Origin: an uncultured delta proteobacterium
GTDB taxonomy: Bacteria > Desulfobacterota > Binatia > Binatales > Binataceae
DNA length: 64,000 nucleotides
Assembly: GCA_963711565.1 (NCBI GenBank)
Contig: CAVQEQ010000003.1
Location: forward strand, 896,001-960,000
Reading direction: 5' to 3'
This document shows positions 60,549 to 64,000 of this stretch, piece after piece. Made by a program: the position numbers and the translations under genes. A model generated the notes under the pieces. It saw only the letters and a program-made list of their open reading frames with translations. It made no database searches and was not told where the DNA came from. Every line of letters starts with the position of its first letter. Position 1 is the first letter of the stretch.

Positions 60549-61415
60549 CTAGACTTGTAACCGGCCGAGCGCGTTGAGCAAAGCCGCGCGCATCACTCCG
60601 GCCGGTGGCGCTACACGATTGAACAGCTTGAATGCGAGCTCGCCCTGGTTGACCAGCATCCCGGCACCGTCCGTCGCACGCCGGCCGGCGGCGAGTGCGG
60701 GCTTGATGAACTCGGTCGGTTCACGCGAATAAATCAGATCGTAGAACAAGCAATCGGTAGGAGTTGAATTGTAATCGAGACGCGCGAAGCGCCCCGTCGT
60801 CAGGCCCATCGAGGTCGCGTTGACGATCAATCGCGCGTCTGCCAGCAACTCCATATCTACCAGCGCGTCCAATCCGCGAGGCTCGCCTGCCGCGCGCGCC
60901 CCCCTGGCTGAGAAACGCCGCGCGAGCGCCACCGCGCGAGCAGGCGTGCGATTCGCGATCACGACCCGACTCGCGCCCAGCCGGATGCATGCGAGCACCG
61001 ACGACGCCGCGCCGCCGCCCGCGCCGATTACAATCGCGAGTCGCCCGCGCAACTCGCATCCAAGATCGCGCAGGTCGCGCTCGAGCCCACGCGCATCAGT
61101 GTTGTCGCCGCGCAGCACGCCGCGCCGATTTACGACGCAGTTGACCGCGCCGAGCATGCGTGCCTCTCCGCTAAGGTCCTTGATGATCCGCGCCGCGGCT
61201 TGCTTGTGCGGTACGGTCAGGTTTACGCCGACGATTCCGAGCGCGTGCATCGCGCGAAGTGCGGGCCCGAGATTGCCGGCGGTCACACGAAACGCCGCAT
61301 ACGTTCGGCTCATGCCGAGCGCTGCGTAGGCGGCGTTGTGCATCGCGGGCGATTTGGAATGTTCTATCGGATCGCCGAAGATCGCCGCGACCGCGGTGTC
61401 GCTGGTGATAGGCAA
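60549..61415 (-). CDS. aroE: Shikimate dehydrogenase
   Basis: HSKSPAMHN, GVNLTVPHK, GAVNC, NTD, GAGGGA, NATS, DLIY, GMLVNQG. Confidence 0.95.
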   Translation of the reverse strand: MPITSDTAVAAIFGDPIEHSKSPAMHNAAYAALGMSRTYAAFRVTAGNLGPALRAMHALGIVGVNLTVPHKQAAARIIKDLSGEARMLGAVNCVVNRRGVLRGDNTDARGLERDLRDLGCELRGRLAIVIGAGGGAASSVLACIRLGASRVVIANRTPARAVALARRFSARGARAAGEPRGLDALVDMELLADARLIVNATSMGLTTGRFARLDYNSTPTDCLFYDLIYSREPTEFIKPALAAGRRATDGAGMLVNQGELAFKLFNRVAPPAGVMRAALLNALGRLQV

Positions 61416-61421
61416 GTGAAA

Positions 61422-61994
61422 TCAGCCGGCGACGGGATGAGCGGCGCGCTCGGCGCGCACCTCTTCGGCGGTGAACACCCAGCTATACTTCAGCCCCTCG
61501 CGCGCGAACGCGTCGGCCGCGCCCTCGCCGCGTTCCACCAATGTGATTGCGGCTATTACGTTCGCGCCGGCTTCACGCATCGCAGCCACAGCTTGCAGGC
61601 TCGATCCGCCGGTCGTGTTGGTGTCGTCGATCACTGCGGTCTTCAGCCCCGGCCTGAACGCGCCTTCGACCATTTGCTGCAGGCCGTGCTGCTTGGTTTC
61701 CTTGCGCACGAAAAACCCGCGAACATCGACGCCATTGCGATACGCCGCCGCCATCACCGCGTCGGTCACCGGCAACGCGCCGACCGCCATGCCGCCGAGT
61801 TGCTCGACGCCCGCCGCCTTCACCAGCTCGAGCACCAGTTCTCCGGCAAGATACGCGCCACGTGGCAGGTACAGCGTGCGTTTGCAATCGAGGTAGTAAT
61901 TGGACGTGCGCCCCGATGAGAGCGTGAGCTGACGCTCGAAGTACGACTCCCGGGCGAGCATCGCCAGCAGTTCGTGGCGTTCTTCGGATTTCAT
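61422..61994 (-). CDS. pyrE: Orotate phosphoribosyltransferase
   Basis: LSSGRTSNYYLDCK, VRKETKQHG, VIDDTNTTGGS. Confidence 0.93.
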   Translation of the reverse strand: MKSEERHELLAMLARESYFERQLTLSSGRTSNYYLDCKRTLYLPRGAYLAGELVLELVKAAGVEQLGGMAVGALPVTDAVMAAAYRNGVDVRGFFVRKETKQHGLQQMVEGAFRPGLKTAVIDDTNTTGGSSLQAVAAMREAGANVIAAITLVERGEGAADAFAREGLKYSWVFTAEEVRAERAAHPVAG

Positions 61995-62177
61995 AGTTGG
62001 GTGATCTTAACGGATGCAGCGCGGGGCACAAGAGCGATATAATATTGGTCGCGGTGGTGATAGCGTCAAAGATGCCCGAAGGGAACAATGGACCGCGCGT
62101 TACGGTCCGCAGGGTACCAAAAGGAGAGGCAGCGATGTCGCCACGAGTTTCGCGACTCGGGCGCCACGCGATAATAA

Positions 62178-63245
62178 GTGATTAGCAACGATTCACCCCG
62201 TGTTATCGGAACCGGCACTGCGTTACCCGCCAACTACGTCGATCAGGAACAACTGACCTCGCGCCTGCGTGAGCTGTGGGAGCGGCGCTGGTCGGATCTA
62301 CGCCGTTTCGACAAGATCCAGGGCGCGCTCGGAATCACCGGGCGCCATCTCGCCCTGCCGATCGAGCAGTACATTCCGCTCGACACTTTCGCCAAAACCA
62401 ACGACGCGTGGATGCGCGTCGCACCCGAGGTCGGCACCGCGGCCGCTGAAATCGCGCTCGAACGCGCCGGCCTTAAGCCTCGCGACGTCGATCATCTGTT
62501 CTTCGTCACCGTCACCGGCATCGCCGTTCCGAGCATCGACACTCGCGTAATCAGCGCGCTCGGGATGCGCAAGGAGATCAAGCGCACGCCAATCTTCGGG
62601 CTGGGATGCGTCGCGGGAGCGGCCGGCACCGCTCGCGCCGCCGACTATATCCGCGCGTTCCCGTCGGAAGTCGCGATGCTGCTGTCGATCGAGTTGTGCT
62701 CGCTCACGCTGCAGCGCGAGGATCTTTCCATCGCCAACATCATCGCCTCGGGCCTTTTCGGCGATGGCGCTGCCGCGATGCTGATCGGCGGCAATGCCAA
62801 CGCGGAGTCCGGTCCGCAGGTAGTCGCGACACGCTCGCTGGTTTTTCCAAACACCGAAGAAATTCTCGGCTGGGAAATCGTCGACAGCGGCTTCAAAATC
62901 GTCCTGTCCTCGAAGCTCACCGAACTGGTCCGCGCCAACATCCTGGACGAGGTTGATTCGTTCCTCGCGACGCAAAAAATCGACCGCTCGGATATCCGCC
63001 ACTGGATCGCGCACGCCGGCGGCCCCAAGGTGCTCGAGACTCTCGAAGGCGCACTCGCTCTGCCTGAGGCCGCGCTGGCGCGCTCGTGGCGCTCGCTGCA
63101 ATCGGTCGGAAACCTGTCGTCGGCGTCCGTGATGTTCATCCTCGACGAATTACTCGAGGACAACGAAGCCGCTCCCGGCGACTACGGCCTCATCATCGGG
63201 ATGGGTCCCGGGTTCTCGGTCGAGCTGGTTCTGCTGAAGTGGTGA
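62178..63245 (+). CDS. Type III polyketide synthase (SrsA/BpsA/Pks11-like)
   Basis: Catalytic triad GLGCVAG / WIAHAGG / GNLSSAS; ELCSL, LFGDGAAA, MGPGF. Confidence 0.95.
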   Translation: MISNDSPRVIGTGTALPANYVDQEQLTSRLRELWERRWSDLRRFDKIQGALGITGRHLALPIEQYIPLDTFAKTNDAWMRVAPEVGTAAAEIALERAGLKPRDVDHLFFVTVTGIAVPSIDTRVISALGMRKEIKRTPIFGLGCVAGAAGTARAADYIRAFPSEVAMLLSIELCSLTLQREDLSIANIIASGLFGDGAAAMLIGGNANAESGPQVVATRSLVFPNTEEILGWEIVDSGFKIVLSSKLTELVRANILDEVDSFLATQKIDRSDIRHWIAHAGGPKVLETLEGALALPEAALARSWRSLQSVGNLSSASVMFILDELLEDNEAAPGDYGLIIGMGPGFSVELVLLKW

Positions 63246-63255
63246 CCTCGGCGAA

Positions 63256-63828
63256 GTGGTAATCTCGCTCCGCACCTATCTGATCATCCTCGCGCTCCTC
63301 GTCGTCGAGCGCATCTTCGAGCTGGATCGCGCGCGCCGCAATGCGCGCCGGGCGTTCCAGCATGGCGCGGTCGAAGTCGGCCAGGTTCACTATCGCGTGA
63401 TGGTCGCACTTCACACGCTCTTCATCATTTCATGCGCCCTCGAGGCAGTATTCATCCCGCGCGCGTTTCCGCCGGTCGTGGCGTGGATCGCGCTGTCGGC
63501 TGAAGCGATCGCGCAAGCGCTTCGCTACTGGGCGGTCGCGACGCTCGGCGATCGATGGAATACGCGCATCATAGTGAGTCCTGACCGCACGCCCGCAACC
63601 AACGGCCCCTACCGCTTCATGCGTCATCCCAACTATCTGGCGGTGGTCATCGAGATCGCGGCGGTGCCGATGATCGGCGGCGCGATCTTCACCGCGATCA
63701 CATTCTCGATCGGCAACGCGCTGATTCTCGCCGTGCGAATACCGGCGGAGGAACGCGCGATGGGCGGGCGCTACGCCGACGCACTCGGCTCGCGCCGCCG
63801 TTTTCTCCCTGGCCTGCGACACGGCTAG
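63256..63828 (+). CDS. ICMT-family methyltransferase (SrsB/BpsB-like)
   Basis: LRYWAVATLGDRWNTRI, GPYRFMRHPNY, RIPAEE; adjacent to the type III PKS. Confidence 0.92.
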   Translation: MVISLRTYLIILALLVVERIFELDRARRNARRAFQHGAVEVGQVHYRVMVALHTLFIISCALEAVFIPRAFPPVVAWIALSAEAIAQALRYWAVATLGDRWNTRIIVSPDRTPATNGPYRFMRHPNYLAVVIEIAAVPMIGGAIFTAITFSIGNALILAVRIPAEERAMGGRYADALGSRRRFLPGLRHG

Positions 63829-63837
63829 GATGGTTCG

Positions 63838-64000
63838 GTGTTCTTCGCACCGTTCCTCGCCTTCTACGCGATAATCTTTTTCCTCGTCCTCGCGTTCTTT
63901 TTCATCCTGCTCGAAATTCACGTCATCAGTTACGCTTTCGTAACGCTCGGCCTGTCGCCCGAGATGGCCTTCACGGCTCTTCTCGTGAGTCTGGTCGGCA
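63838..64000 (+). CDS. DUF1614-like membrane protein, 5' partial
   Basis: GTG start; MFFAPFLAF...ISYAFVTLGLSPEMAFTALLVSLVG runs off the window. Confidence 0.6.
   Translation, partial: MFFAPFLAFYAIIFFLVLAFFFILLEIHVISYAFVTLGLSPEMAFTALLVSLVG

Overview
GC-rich bacterial chromosomal window. Gene content suggests a deltaproteobacteria-like lineage such as Candidatus Binatia (inference only). It is mostly housekeeping and metabolic: glnA, pgpA-cinA, engB, murI, secA-argJ, ruvX-mltG, grpE-dnaK-dnaJ, aroE-pyrE, three luciferase-like oxidoreductases, MFS transporters, a MoxR/DUF58/BatA/VWA cluster and a type III PKS with a methyltransferase. Small accessory inserts are higBA, vapBC with an S1/P1 nuclease, and a repeat-flanked membrane-protein gene. 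I found no rRNA, tRNA, CRISPR array, transposase or integrase. The best candidate for an undescribed system is a six-gene minus-strand operon (14630-19755) that looks like a Psp/Lia hybrid envelope-stress module. It encodes a 2TM-domain histidine kinase with DWS(K/Q) repeats, a sigma54 response regulator, an ICMT-like protein, PspA, a soluble LiaF/Toastrack-like protein and a lipoprotein, and it is preceded by a -24/-12 promoter and phased TGCA dyads. Other oddities are a 10-bp-phased repeat array inside a 21-bp direct-repeat-flanked segment, a PyrF homolog lacking phosphate-gripper residues, an EngB fusion, a GT2/SPL-like radical SAM module lacking SPL catalytic residues, and a nitrosocyanin-like cupredoxin with a probable His3Cys site. 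Two genes carry single-base frameshifts that may be sequencing errors. All family assignments come from motif recognition by eye; no searches were run.
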